Assembly (NCBI RefSeq): GCF_006345805.1
Contig: NC_043013.1
Span: forward strand, 7,998,001 to 8,062,000
DNA from: Octopus sinensis
Lineage: Eukaryota
Direction of reading: 5' to 3'
DNA: 64,000 bases
A program made the translations under genes and the position numbers. The notes below the pieces were generated by a model. The model did not search any database, was not told the origin of the DNA, and saw nothing but the letters and a program-made list of their open reading frames with translations. Below are positions 1 through 12,197 of this stretch, in pieces (the first letter of the stretch is position 1; every line of letters starts with the position of its first letter).

Positions 1-599
1 TAGTTAGTTGCAGGAATTGAAGCAAAAACATCTGAGTTGGAAATTTAATACTTTAGTATCTTTAATAGCTTTATTAACTGTTGCTCAATTGTGTTGAAAA
101 GATATTTAGTACTGAAATTTTGTGGGTGGGGAACATTCAATTACAATTATCCCAGTATTTCACTGGCACTTTATTTTTGTTGTGGTGGGCACCCACTAAT
201 GAGAAGTGGGCTGTTCCACTACTGTTAAATAGTGGACAGACACAACAAGCCGGGTCAGTTGGCAAGGTATGCCATATGGGCCAGTCATGCAAAACAATGA
301 AATACATAGTCATAATGCTGGACATATCAGTGGCAACAAGGATTCTTTCCATTGTATAATGGTGTCATTATAACAGTGGTAACAGCCAGCAGGGTCAGTC
401 AGTGAGGTACAGGGCCAGTCACACAAGATGACAAAATATGTTGTTATAATGCAAGACATATCAATTTTATTGATTCCAAAAGGAAGAACGGCAAAGTTAG
501 CCTTGGTGGAATGTGAACACAATGTAAAATGCTTGGGGAGAAACTGCTAAGTTTTTTGTTCAGTGTGTTAATGTTTCTGTCAGCTTGCAAAAATATAAT

Positions 600-812
600 A
601 CTGTCTACTATAGCCACATGACCTGAACTTTGTGGGGAGTGGGGCTAATCAATTACATCAACCCCAGTATTTGACTGATACTCATTTTATCGACCATAAA
701 AAGGATGGAAGGCAAAGTTGACCTTGGTGGAATTTGAACTCAGTACATGAAGAGTTGGAAGAAATGCTGCTAAAAGAAATACCCAGCATACTAGCAATTC
801 TACCAGCCTGTA
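600..812 (-). mobile_element. SINE family B, degenerate copy
   Basis: Diagnostic body AAAGGATGGAAGGCAAAGTTGACCTTGGTGGAATTTGAACTCAG, the reverse complement of the B-box region GAGTTCAAATTCC shared with the copy at 25621. Confidence 0.7.
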
Positions 813-851
813 GAAAGTAATCTTTTCTATAATAGTCACAAGGCCTGAAAC

Positions 852-1020
852 CACGGAGTGGTTGGCGTTAGGAAGGGCATCCAGCTGTAGAAACACTGCC
901 AGATCAGACTGGAGCCTGCTGCAGCCTCCTGGCTTCCCAGACCCCGGTCGAACCGTCTAACCCATGCTGGCATGGAAAACGGACGTTAAACGAGGATGAT
1001 GATGATGATGATGATGATGG
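852..1020 (+). mobile_element. (GAT)n-tailed retroposon family E, 3' part
   Basis: GGAGTGGTTGGCGTTAGGAAGGGCATCCAGCTGTAGAAAC...GGACGTTAAACG followed by (GAT)n; about ten copies in the window. Confidence 0.75.
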
Positions 1021-1190
1021 GGATTGTAGATCACATTGATCTCAGTATTTGGCTGGTACTTATTTTATTAATCCCAAAAAGGATGAAAAGTAAAGCTGGT
1101 CTCAGTAGGATTTGAACTCAGAATGTTAAGATCCAGAAGGAATATTGCTAAGCATTTTGTCCAGCATGCTAATGATTCTGCCAGCTTGTA
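1021..1190 (-). mobile_element. SINE family B, degenerate copy
   Basis: GGATGAAAAGTAAAG...GATTTGAACTCAGAATG...CTGCCAGCT, the same body as other family B copies. Confidence 0.65.
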
Positions 1191-1893
1191 TGAAATGTTG
1201 ACAGTATTTGATATATTAACCAAGATACATGTCTGTCTAATCGTCTGTGATCCAATGAGAAAGCTTCTGTGTGGTCATTCAACCTGCTTAAAATAACAAC
1301 CAAATTTTGTCTTCAAATTACCCCCTACCACATTGAATAACGTAATTCTAGATGACTGGATAATGTAATTCTAGATGCATCGTCTAAAAAAACAAAAAAC
1401 AAAAAAAAAAACACAGACAAGATAGTCTTGAATGAGAAGCTTTTGATCATATGTCTCTTTGATCAGGGTTGACCTGGGATTAAACAACAACCACAACAAC
1501 AACAACAATAACCTACAGCTATTATGTTATGTCCTAAGGCAAAAACACATTAGTCAGTCTAGTTGAAAATTGATGTCATTTGTAGTGCTATAGTCAAATA
1601 ATAGTTAGTAACAGTCAGGGCATCCAGCTGTAAAAAATGAACACATCATTTATTCATATGCAAATATCCCATTTAACAAAGACGATGCTATCTCAGTGTT
1701 TAATGTAAAACTAACTGCAAGTTGTTGTTATGTCTTGTAATAGATGTCAAGTGTGGCTGTACGGTTATGAAGTTTGCTTTCCGACTATTTAGTTCCAGGT
1801 TCAAACTCAGCATAGCACTTTGAATGTCTTTTACAGCTTCAGAAATACCAATGTCTTGAGAATGGAATTTGGTAGATGGAAACAGCACTTTTA

Positions 1894-1924
<31 letters not shown>

Positions 1925-1939
1925 ATATATATATATATA

Positions 1940-2303
1940 GTTGAGCGTGATCGTTGTCAGCGTCGCCTCACTGGCACTTGTGCCGGTGGCACGTGGACAA
2001 AACATTCGAGCGAGGTCGTTGCCAGTGCTGCTGGACTGACTCCTGTGCAGGTGGCACGTAAAAAAACACCATTTTCAAGCGTGACCGTTGCCAGTACTGC
2101 CAAACTGGCTCTCGTACCGGTGACACTTTAAAAGCACCCACTACACTCTCGGAGTGGTTGACATTAGGAAGGACATCCAGCTGTAGAAACTCTGCCAGAT
2201 CAAGATTGGATCCTGGCGCAGCCATCTGGTTTGCCAGTTCCTCAGTCAAATCGTCCAACCCATGCTGGTATGGAAAGTGGACGTTAAACGATGATGATGA
2301 TGA
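1940..2303 (+). mobile_element. Family E retroposon with internal TGCCGGTGGCACGTAAAA subrepeats
   Basis: Three to four internal subrepeats, then the conserved AGGAAGG.CATCCAGCTGTAGAAAC block and a (GAT)n tail. Confidence 0.75.
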
Positions 2304-2316
2304 TATATATATATAT

Positions 2317-3321
2317 CAGTGGTGACTCTGGCACTCAAGCTGTTCGGGCTTAGCCCTAGTATAAATTTTGTAATGTGAATTTGCAAGCTGATTTAATTTT
2401 TGTCAACACTGATTCCAAGTATGTAATTGCAGCAATAACCCAGGCACCTTTTATTGAGCCTGGTCACAATTCATATATTCTCCTTCAGTGTCAGGCAGTT
2501 GTCTTAAAGGTGCCCTGTGTCAAAAAATATCATTTGTAGCAGACATTCTCTCGACATTGTTCACACATGCCTGACTTCGGCTCAGAAGTTAAAGCCCAAG
2601 TTGTTATCTATAATCATAAAAATTAAAAGCAATTCAATTTCAGTGTTTTCTTGAAGCAATAAATTTCTATAGAGATTAGGATTGAAATTCCAATCTATGA
2701 ATAGTCTCCGTTCTACAATATTCTTAAAGGAACGAAAATTTATCCAGCAACTCGGTCTAATTATGAACGAGCCTGGTAGGTGGAAAGGACTAACTGACTT
2801 TTCTTGTCAAGAGTACAGGCAACAGTCGGATCGGTATGTTTGTTGTGCACTCTGCTTTCATTATTTGGTTGCTGTTATACAGTAGTAACTCGGGCTTAAT
2901 ACAAACCAGCCTAGTAATGTGTAAAGGACTAACTGACATCTCTTGTCAAGGGTACAGGTGACAGTCAGATCGCTGATGTTTGATGTGCACTCCACTTTTA
3001 TTAATTGATTGTTGTTATTCTGTGCGTCTATGTGTAAAGATCAGTTGTGTTTTGCAAGGTTGCCTTATTTTATACCCTTAACTTAGAAATGGAGAAAGAC
3101 ATAGTGCTAGATATATAAAAATAAGGCATTTGGGGCTAGAAATATTGCGGAAAAACATGAGGCATTCTTTTGTTAGAAGCAGCAAACTTGCTTACTGTTA
3201 AATTATCCGTGCATATGTAAGTCTGTGGTATGCATTACATCTCTTACCTTCTTCTGTACATGTGTCTTATACGAAATCTGTGATGAGCCCGAATGATGCT
3301 GATGCCCTAGAGTTGCCTCTG
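2317..3321. mobile_element. Non-autonomous TIR DNA transposon (hAT-like) inserted in (TA)n
   Basis: Left end CAGTGGTGACTCTGG versus reverse-complemented right end CAGAGGCAACTCTAG (11/15 match). Both ends abut (TA)n. Internal ~140-bp diverged tandem duplication at 2745-3020. Confidence 0.55.
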
Positions 3322-3419
3322 ATATATATATATATATATATATCAGTAACACCCCTACCACCCCGCCCTGTCCCTAGCCACATTCAGATGGCTGATCCCC
3401 CTTACGTTATATATATATA

Positions 3420-4092
3420 TTTATCCTTTTACGTGTTTCAGTCATTTGACTGCAGCCTTGCTGGAGTAGTGCCTTAAAGGGCTTCAGTTGAAGAAATTGA
3501 CCCCAGGACTTATTCTTTGTAAGCCTAGTACTTATTCTCTCGGGGTGTTTTGCCAAACTGCTAAGTTACATGGGCTAAACACACCAGCATCAGTTGTCAA
3601 GTGATGGCAGGGGTACAAACCCAGATACACACACATAAATACACACACACACACACATACACACACACACAACACATACACAGACGCAGACATACGCACA
3701 CACACACACACACACACACAATCACACACACATACACACACACTCACACATATATATATATATATATATATATCATCATCATCATCGTTTAGCGTCCGCT
3801 TTCCATGCTAGCATGGGTTGGACGGTTCAACTGGGGTCTGGGAAGCCAGAAGGCTACACCAGGCCCAGTCTGATCTGGCAATGTTTCTACGGCTGGATGC
3901 CTTTCCTAACGCCAAATATATATATATATGATGAGTTTCTTTCAGTTTCTGTCTACCAAATCCACTCACATGGCTTTGGTGGGCCTAAGTCTGTAGTAGA
4001 AGACACTTGCCCAAGGTGCCACACAGTGAAATTAAACCCAGAACCATGTGGTTGGGAAGCAAGCTTCTTACCACACGGCCACACTCATGCGT
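3420..4092 (-). mobile_element. SINE family A, interrupted in its internal microsatellite by a family E fragment (3772-3915)
   Basis: Tail TTTCAGTCATTTGACTGC at about 3436; head ACACTTGCCCAAGGTGCCAC...CTTACCACACGGCCAC at 4003-4082. Confidence 0.75.
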
Positions 4093-5330
4093 ATCCTTTA
4101 TTTTTGTTTGTTATTTATTGTCTTGATGATTTAGTTCTTGTCTGAAGATTTGGAATTGGTTAACACTTGGTACCAATTCAACTGCAGCTGTCTTTTTTTC
4201 GTTTTAAAGTGTTCTAAATGAAAATCTACCATCAAAGTTACATATTGATTTAAGTTCCAAATATGAGCTTAATAATGACTAAGTTATTTTATTAAATTCC
4301 TCATCTTCCTTGTTATCACTTAACGTCCACTTTCTTATGCTTGCATGGGTCAGATGGAATTTGTTGAGGCAGATTTTCTATGGCTGCATGCCTTTCCCGT
4401 CATTGACACGCAACCTGTTTCCAAGCACAGGAATATTTTCCCATAGCTAGGCATGTTTTTTATGGAAGACTAGGAATGAACAACCCCATTTGTATGACAA
4501 TGATACTCATTTACAACTATCACATGATATCTAGACAAAGGTACACATAGACACAGGCACAGAAACACACACACATATAATTAAACACACACACACATAC
4601 ACACACACACACATACTCATATGATGGGCTTCTTTCAGTTTGTATTTGCCAAATCCACTCATAAGGCTTTGAGGTTATAGTAAAAGAGTAGAAAACATTT
4701 TCCCAAGGTGCTGCAGAGTGGGACTGAACATAAGACCACATGGTTGGGAAGGAAGCTTCTTAACCACACAGCCATGCTGGCACTAAAACTTAGAGAAAGG
4801 AAGAATTATTTTAAAAATCAATTGAAACAAAGGTAGCGTACTTCAACAAAAAAAGTGGTAACAAACTCATGTCTGAGTTTAGATTGATTGCTACTCATAA
4901 GAAGCATCTCTTTAGTATGTGCTCCGCAATGTTTCTCACTAACTTTATAGCACGTAGATCTGATTGAAATGCTGATACAAAAAGCAAACATCTGAAGTCT
5001 GTCCAGACAGCAAGAAAGTATTGATTATAATAGATATAACATAAACTCTATCAAACGCTGGTTTGAAGATTAAGCTGGCTTTGATTGGATAGTTTTAATC
5101 TACCATTTGAGAAATTATAAACCAGGAATTATGATTTTGATCTATCTTAGAAATTCACACAATAGGAGATAGGTGTATTAATAGCTATTGCTTGTGTTTA
5201 TTTCAATGACTGTGTTTTTCCTTTTTATACTTTTTCTCAATTTCTTTCTTCTCAAATAAATTGGTTGTTTTTAGCTGGGACATCTGCTTCTTAAGATTCC
5301 TAATTTATACTCTGCTTTGTAATTTTTTTT

Positions 5331-6357
5331 TCTGCCGGCATTCTAATTTTATTAAGTTATTATCTGAAGTTCAGTAACTCTCTCTCATAAATAGACTAGC
5401 TTTTAAATTCTAAAAGAGGTGATGGAAACAATTGAGGTACCATCTGGTAGAACTTAATATGGTACCATTTTGAAGCATCTGAAGCAGCTGAAATTCAGAT
5501 TCAGATCCACAGCCTGGGAACCGTAAGCCAAACATTTTAACTGATCTGTCTTCTATGGTTTGGGAATAAAACAAATGGCTTGCAGTAACTAAAATCAATA
5601 ACTATAATAATCAGTAATAATAATCAATAACTATAATAATCAGTAACTATAATCAGTAACTATAATCAGTAACTATAATAATCCTTTAGTTTCTCATACT
5701 ACTAAGTGTGGAGGTGCAATGGCCCAGTGGTTAGGGCAGTGGATTCACAGTCGGAGGATCACGGTTTCGATTCTCAGACCGGGCGTTGTGTGTGTTTATT
5801 GAGCGAAAACACCTAAAGCTCCATGAGGCTCTGGCAGGGGTGGTGATGGCAACCCCTGTTGTACTCTTTTGCCCCAACTTTCTCTCACTTTTTCTTTCTG
5901 TTTCTTGAGTAATGCTGCGATGGACTGGCGTCCTGTCCAGCTGGGGGGAACACATACACCACAGGAACCAGGAAACTGGGCCCATGAGCCTGGCTAGGTT
6001 CAAAAAGGGTGCATAAATAATAAATAAATACTACTAAGTAGGTACTAGAATATGTTTTTCTGCCGGCATTCTAATTTCATTATTATGTTATTTTCTGAAG
6101 TTCAGTAATTCTCTGTCGTAAATAGACTAGCTTTTAAATTCTAACAGAGGTGACGGAAACAATTAAGGTACCATCTGGTAGAACTTAATAGGGTACCATT
6201 TTGAAGCATCTGAAATTCAAATCCACAGCCTGGGAACCGCAAGCCAAACATTTTAACTGATCTGTCTTCTATGGTTTGGGAATAAGATAAATGGCTTGCA
6301 GTAACTATAATCAATATCTTTTAGTTTCTCATACTACTAAGTAAGCACTAGAATGTG
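5331..6357. repeat. Tandem duplication of a ~300-bp unique segment (5331-5707 and 6059-6345)
   Basis: Both copies run TCTGCCGGCATTCTAATT...GGTACCATCTGGTAGAAC...TTTAGTTTCTCATACTACTAAGT. Copy 1 has an expanded CAGTAACTATAAT minisatellite and a SINE insertion. Confidence 0.9.
5708..6027 (+). mobile_element. SINE family C, full length, with 12-bp TSD
   Basis: A-box TGGCCCAGTGG, B-box GTTTCGATTCTC, (TAAA)n tail; TSD ATACTACTAAGT at 5696-5707 and 6028-6039. Confidence 0.9.
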
Positions 6358-7611
6358 TTTGCTTATAGAACTGGCAATAGAATGAAATTTTATGATGGTT
6401 TAGTAAAGGAACCTGTAAGAATAGTAGCCGAGCGGGGATTTTGAAATGTCTTATTTCATTAATCTCATGAAAAGTATTGCTATAGTAGGAGATATTTAGT
6501 GCTTTTTCTTAAACAGCTAAAACTACATCATTAGTGATAAATTATTTAAGTATCAATAAATTTCATTGTTAATGTTATTATTCTCCTACAGGAAATCTGT
6601 CTAAGCTAAATAAAAATCAGTTATTATGGCTGATACTGATAAGAAGAGGAAGCATAAGAATAATAAGAAAAAAAAATTAAGTATTTTACACCACTAGTCT
6701 TTTTTTGACACAAAGTAGAAATACATTCAATCAAGATTGGTGTAGGACAAATCACTGTTTTGTTTTCTTATTGAGAATTTTATGAAAAAAATACTTGTAA
6801 TATAAATACTTCCTTGTATAAGGCTCTATAAATTTGTGTTTTCTATAAATTTACTTATAAAATTACTTTTTCCATTTGAAAAAGTAAATAAATAAATAAA
6901 CTGATAAATAAATGGAATACACTCTCCAATAAAGAACCCATTTTTTAAAATCAAAGTACTATGTTTATATGAACAGTAAAAAGTAATAAAGTTTGTAAAA
7001 AAACAAAAACAAAAAATACAACAAAAAACAAAAAACAAACAAATGTAGCAGGAAAAACCCCCAAAAAGCAAATGACAAAATATTTTGTTCTCCTTTTCAA
7101 ATCCCATAATATATCGTCTGTTTGCCTACACGCACTTTTATTTTTTTTCAAAAAATGTTTGTCAAGAGATGTGTTTTATCTGAAATATTTCTCTGTTACT
7201 TAAGAGGCTATTTGAATCATTTACCAATTAGAGGAATTTTCTAAAGGGATGAAAAAGTAGAACAAAAATGGAAATACCAAATATAGATTAGAAAATGAAA
7301 ACAGAAAAAAAAAATTTTTTATTTTTCTGTTTCCATCTTTATTTTTTATTTTTTATTTTTTAATCTGAAGCTTAAAGGATGATTACAAAAGTTCCCTAAT
7401 GGAATATAATTTATATGGAGTTTTAGGGCAAATAGTTTTCAATTTGAAGTTATTTCAAGTATCAAATTGACCTTGAATATTGTTTACATGTATTGTTGGC
7501 TGATTTTTCTGACCAAACTTAATAATGGTTTCATGTTTATTGATTTCCTGTGTATTTTAGAATATCTTTAAAAAAAAAAAATTAAAAGAAAAAAAGACTA
7601 AAAACAAAAAC

Positions 7612-8025
7612 ATCATCATCATCATCATCATCGTTTAACGTCCGCTTTCCATGCTAGCATGGGTTGGACGATTTTGACTGAGGGCTGGCCAACCAGCTGA
7701 CTGCACCAGGCTCCAATCTTGATCTGGCAGTTTTTCTACAGCTGGATGCCCTTCCTGACGCCAACCACTCCGAGAGTGTAGTGGGTGCATTTTACATGCC
7801 ACCGGCACGGGGGCCAGTCAGGCGGTACTATCAATGACCTCGCTTGAATTTTTTTACACATTCCACCAGCACAGGTGCCAGTAAGGCGACGCTGGTAACG
7901 ATGACGCTGGAATGGTGCCCTTTTACGTGTCACTGGCATGGAAGCCAGTTAGCCTCTCTGGCAACGATCACGCTCGGATGGTGCTCTTGGCACCCTACTT
8001 GAGCACCATCCGAGCATGATCGTTG
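7612..8025 (-). mobile_element. Family E retroposon, 5'-truncated with terminal snap-back
   Basis: (CAT)n CGTTTAACGTCCGC start, internal subrepeats, and a 25-bp inverted repeat at 7962-7986/8001-8025. Confidence 0.8.
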
Positions 8026-8229
8026 ATCGAAATTTGTGTAGTCTAGGATGTTCTCCAGACAAGGTCTAGATGCTGCCTAGACAAGGCTTTGGTAGCCTGG
8101 AATGTTATCTAAACAAGGGATCAGCTTCCCTAAAGTCTAATAAAGGTTATGCGGAAGAAACAGTTATCAATGAAAATAATCTTCAAATATCTATATCCAG
8201 ATTTTGGACAATATTTACATAGATGTGTT

Positions 8230-8472
8230 TTCTAGTGAACTGCATAGTTTAATGAATTATGTTCACTATTGAGCTATCGTTCACTATTGACCTATCGTTC
8301 ACTAGCGAATTGTGTAACCTATTGAGCTATGATCTGTAGTGAAGTAGTTTATTGAGCCATATTCTAATGAACAATATTATTTTTTGAGTTGCTTTCTCTC
8401 GTGAACAATATAATTTATTGTGTGTTTTCTTTGGTAGACTATGTAATTTATTGGGATGTGCTCACTAGTTAA
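8230..8472. repeat. Degenerate minisatellite (TTCACTATTGAGCTAT / GTGAAC...TTTATTG units)
   Basis: Recurrent TTCACTA and TATTGAG motifs spaced about 18-36 bp apart. Confidence 0.45.
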
Positions 8473-8474
8473 GT

Positions 8475-8752
8475 GAAGGCGCATGGCTCAGTGGTTAGAG
8501 TGTCGAGCTTACGATCATGAGGTTGTGAGTTTGAATCCCAGAACGGGCTGCGTGTTGTGTTCTTGAGCAAGACACTTTATTTCATGTTGCTCCAGTTCAC
8601 TCAGCTGTAGAAATGAGTTGCGACGTCACAGGAACCAAGCTGTATCGGCCTTTGCCTTTCCTTTGGATAACACTGGTGGCATGGAGAGGGGAGGCCGGTA
8701 TGCATGGGTGACTGCTGGTCTTCCATAAACAACCTTGCCCGGACTTGAGCCT
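8475..8752 (+). mobile_element. SINE family D (tRNA-derived)
   Basis: A-box TGGCTCAGTGG, B-box GAGTTTGAATCCC, and a CORE-like TGTTCTTGAGCAAGACACTT segment. Confidence 0.8.
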
Positions 8753-9517
8753 GATACTTGCGTCAACAGGGTGACCAAATACTTGCAAGACAAAAACATT
8801 TAAGAGGGGAGGGGGCATTGTAGGATGTGATGCTGAAAAGGTTATAGTGAGACAAATACAGGTGTCTTGCTGTAGAGGAAGTACAAGGTTACCTGGCTGG
8901 AGAGAGAAAGATCAGGATTGAAGACAGAAACAGGTGTGCTACTACAAAGAAAATACACGGTTGCCCAACCTGAGGAAAGTGCAGGAGAAGGAGAGAGAGA
9001 GAGAGCGGGAGACAGACATTGTAGAAGACAACTTGCCCAAGGTGCCATGCAGTGAGACTGAACCTGAGACCATGTGGTTGGGAAGCAAACTTCTTAACCA
9101 CACAGCCATGCTTGCACCTACACCACACCTGCACCTGTTAAATGAAAAATCATATTTTGTGTTCAAAAACAAATTTAACTACAGCTGAAGTTTTTGACTT
9201 GTTTATGTTATTTAAAGCCATGGCTTATAATAATCACAACAATGATGATGATAATTATCAAGAGTTGCTTAATTGTAGAAGGAATCTTATTAATATTTAA
9301 AAAAAAAAGGAAGAAGAAAAACTTATTGCTTTCAGATATAAAATAGCATAAATTTCTTTTCATTCTGACATTTTCATTGCTTCCAAAATAATGCAAATGT
9401 AATTAAGGTTGATTAAAATAACCCAGAAATAAATGAAAGTAAATAATTAACTCTAAAATTTCTAATTTTGTTCTATTCTCTAATATTTGTTTGTTCTACA
9501 TCTTGTCTATCATTGTC

Positions 9518-9622
9518 ACCACCACCACCAACCACCACCACCACCACCACCACCACCACCACCACCACCACCACCACCACCAACACCACCACCAACACCA
9601 CCACCATCGCCATCATCACCAT
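9518..9622. repeat. (CAC)n microsatellite
   Basis: Directly visible. Confidence 0.95.
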
Positions 9623-9844
9623 TGTTATCAGTGGCAGCAGCAAGCCCCTAGACATTGCTGTCTTGAATCCTGAGGGTCACGGGGCCAATTACTTGGTTTC
9701 CATGGCAAATAAATGATTGAGATCACAATGTCCCTTCTGAATGAGACACCAATCAATTACAGAATTACTCATTTACTGCTAGGTGAACTGTGGCAATTTG
9801 AAATGAAGAGTTTTGCTCAAGAACACAACACCCTGTCTCTTCTC

Positions 9845-10235
9845 TTCTGCTCTAGGCACAAGGCCCGAAATTTTGGGGGAGTGGGGTGCCAGTCGATTAG
9901 ATCGACCCCAGTACACAACTGGTACTTAATTTATCGACTCCCAAAAGGATGAAAGCCGACCTTGACAGAATCTGTACTCAGAATGTAAAGACAGACGAAA
10001 TATCTATTTCTTTACTGCCCACAAGGGGCTAAACACAGAGAGGACAAACAAGGACAGACAAACGGATTAAGTCGATTAAATCAACCCCAGTGCATAACTG
10101 GTACTTATTTAATCGACTCCGAAAGGATGAAAGGCAAAGTCGACCTCGGCGGAATTTGAACTCAGAATGTAAAGACAGATGAAATACCACTAAGCATTTT
10201 GCCTGGTGTGCTAACATTTCTGCCAATTCGACGTC
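9845..10235 (-). mobile_element. SINE family B with tandemly duplicated body
   Basis: A head-containing unit at 10003-10235 is joined, via GACGAAATATCTATTTC, to a second headless body at 9845-10002. Confidence 0.8.
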
Positions 10236-10279
10236 TTCATCCTGTCTCTTCTCACCAATGACCTTTCTAAAATTAGTCA

Positions 10280-10492
10280 TTGCTTCCTGGTAGAATAGTT
10301 AGCATGCTGGACAAAATGCTTACCATCATTTCATGTGTCTTTACGTTCTGGATTCAAATTCCAGGTAAGTCAACATTGCCTTTCATCCTTTCAGGGTTGA
10401 TAAAATAAGTACCAGTTGAGTACTGGGGGCTTGTGTAATTGACTCACCCTCCCCCAGGCTTGCTGGCCTTGTGTCAAAATTTGAGACCATTA
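10280..10492 (+). mobile_element. SINE family B (ATT-tailed variant)
   Basis: GGATTCAAATTCC B-box; ends GGCCTTGTGTCAAAATTTGAGACC and runs directly into (ATT)n. Confidence 0.7.
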
Positions 10493-10548
<56 letters not shown>

Positions 10549-10566
10549 ATTATTATTATTATTATT

Positions 10567-10880
10567 CAGTAGTTTTATTTTTATAGCGTGCTTTCATTTC
10601 ACTACCGAGCGCAGCTCTGTGTGCCTTGGGTACGTGCTGTGATTTGTTGTGATTTGTTGTGATGCTCTGATGGTTACAGTATTGAAAGTGTTTTGCGTAG
10701 GATGTGTGCAGTGCCCAGTAGTGCAATTTTGTGTATGTTATATGTGTTTGTAAGTCCTGGTGTTTTTGTTATGTATATTTGTCTGAATATTTTTTTATCA
10801 TACCTAATGCGCCTACTATGATAGGGATTGTTTCTGTTTTTAGATTCCACATTCGAGTTACCTCTATTTCCAGGTCTTTG
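10567..10880 (-). mobile_element. R4/Dong-like LINE 3' fragment (C-terminus and 3' UTR)
   Basis: Minus-strand translation KDLEIEVTRMWNLKTETIPIIVGALGMIKK...KIALLGTAHILRKTLSIL* is homologous to the 47.3-kb C-terminus; (TTA)n on both sides. Confidence 0.85.
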
Positions 10881-10919
10881 TTATTATTATTATTATTATT
10901 ATATTATTATTATTATTAT

Positions 10920-12156
10920 AGACATCGCACACTATTCAATATTATGAGGTTGTTGATTGAAGATATTGTGTCTACTGGGGTGGTTTGTACTGTTTGTCAA
11001 GTCACAACAAAGACCTCAGACAGACAGTACCTTACACAATATGCTTGCAGTTCCAAGTAATGCTGACTTTTGCAAGACATCTAGATTGAAGGGTATTTCT
11101 AAGGCTTTCATATTGGTTGGTATTGAACCCAATGCTCTGATGACAATAGGGATAACCTTTATGTTTGACTCTCATAGCTGCCACATCTTAGCAATCTCAA
11201 TTCTTAGGTCTCCATATTTATCAACCTTTTCTCTTTCTTTCATGATAATATGTTCATCTCCTGGCACTGCTACGTCAATTATTAGTCACTCTTGTTTGTC
11301 CCTCCTAAAAGTTACTATATCTGGCCTTCGGTGCTCTAACACCTTGTCTTTCTGGAAATCAAAGTCCCAGAGGATTATTTGCTTTCCTCTTTTCGTCCAT
11401 TACCCTTTCCAGTGTATGTTGATACCAAGCACCTGTAACCTCATATCCATAATTATGGCATAGTAGCCAGTGGAGGTTTTGGGCTACCTTGTCGTGTCTA
11501 CACTTGTATTTGTTCTGTACAAGACTTTCACAAGCACTAATAGTGTGAGTCTTGCTTTTGACCCTCTTCCCACACATTCTGCAGAGGTCCATTGCAATTG
11601 TGTGGTTTATATTCTTTTACACTGAGTTGGTATTCAATGCCTGGTCCTGGGCAGCAATGATTAGGCTTACAGTATTCTTTTTTAGGTCACTCCTGTTGTG
11701 CCACTTCCATGATGCTTCCTGATCTTTTAATTCGTTGGTCTCATGGTGGAACTGCCTATGTAATTCCATACAGAGGAGGGTTTCTTCTCTCTTGTTGGCT
11801 GTTCTTGATCGGAATTCACAAGTACTCTCAAGTCCATTTTTGGTAATTCCTTCTGCACTAGCTGCATACTGTAGCAGGTCTTGTTTGCTGTTTACCAAAT
11901 ATTCTGCCATGTTTCTTCTTTCACTGTTGATGCACTCCCATACACTAATCAGCCCATATCCACCTTTACCTCTCTTCATGTAGAGCCTGTGTCCATTTGC
12001 CTAAGAGTGAAGGGCACCATGCTTTGTCATTGTCCTTCAGGTAATGCGATCGAGTTGGTCAGTCTCTGCTTTTGTCCATTTCAGGTTAGGTGCACTATAG
12101 CAGACTATAGCAACAGCCTGTATGCTGATGGCAGTCACAAAGCTCCTTGAGTTGAG

Positions 12157-12160
<4 letters not shown>
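10920..12160 (-). mobile_element. R4/Dong-like LINE 3' fragment (linker, zinc knuckle, endonuclease), disrupted
   Basis: RLYMKRGKGGYGL, IIAAQDQALNT, CRMCGKRVKSKTHTISAC, RHDKVAQNLHW, RRPDIV...IIDVAVP...KVDKYGDL; several stops; flanked by (TTA)n. Confidence 0.9.

Positions 12161-12194
<34 letters not shown>

Positions 12195-12197
<3 letters not shown>

Noticed and set aside
243-462. Diverged ~135-bp direct duplication near the window start
   Set aside because: Real but heavily decayed, with no structural or coding signal.
3278-3322. Box C/D snoRNA (GTGATGA...CTGA)
   Set aside because: Only about 42 nt long, and it overlaps the proposed transposon terminus.
5415-5485. Duplicated C/D snoRNA in the tandem duplication
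   Set aside because: The C box is non-canonical (GTGATGG/GTGACGG), there is no terminal stem, and I recognise no rRNA guide sequence.
8475-8550. tRNA genes at A-box/B-box motifs
   Set aside because: No complete cloverleaf or acceptor stem; each continues into a SINE body.
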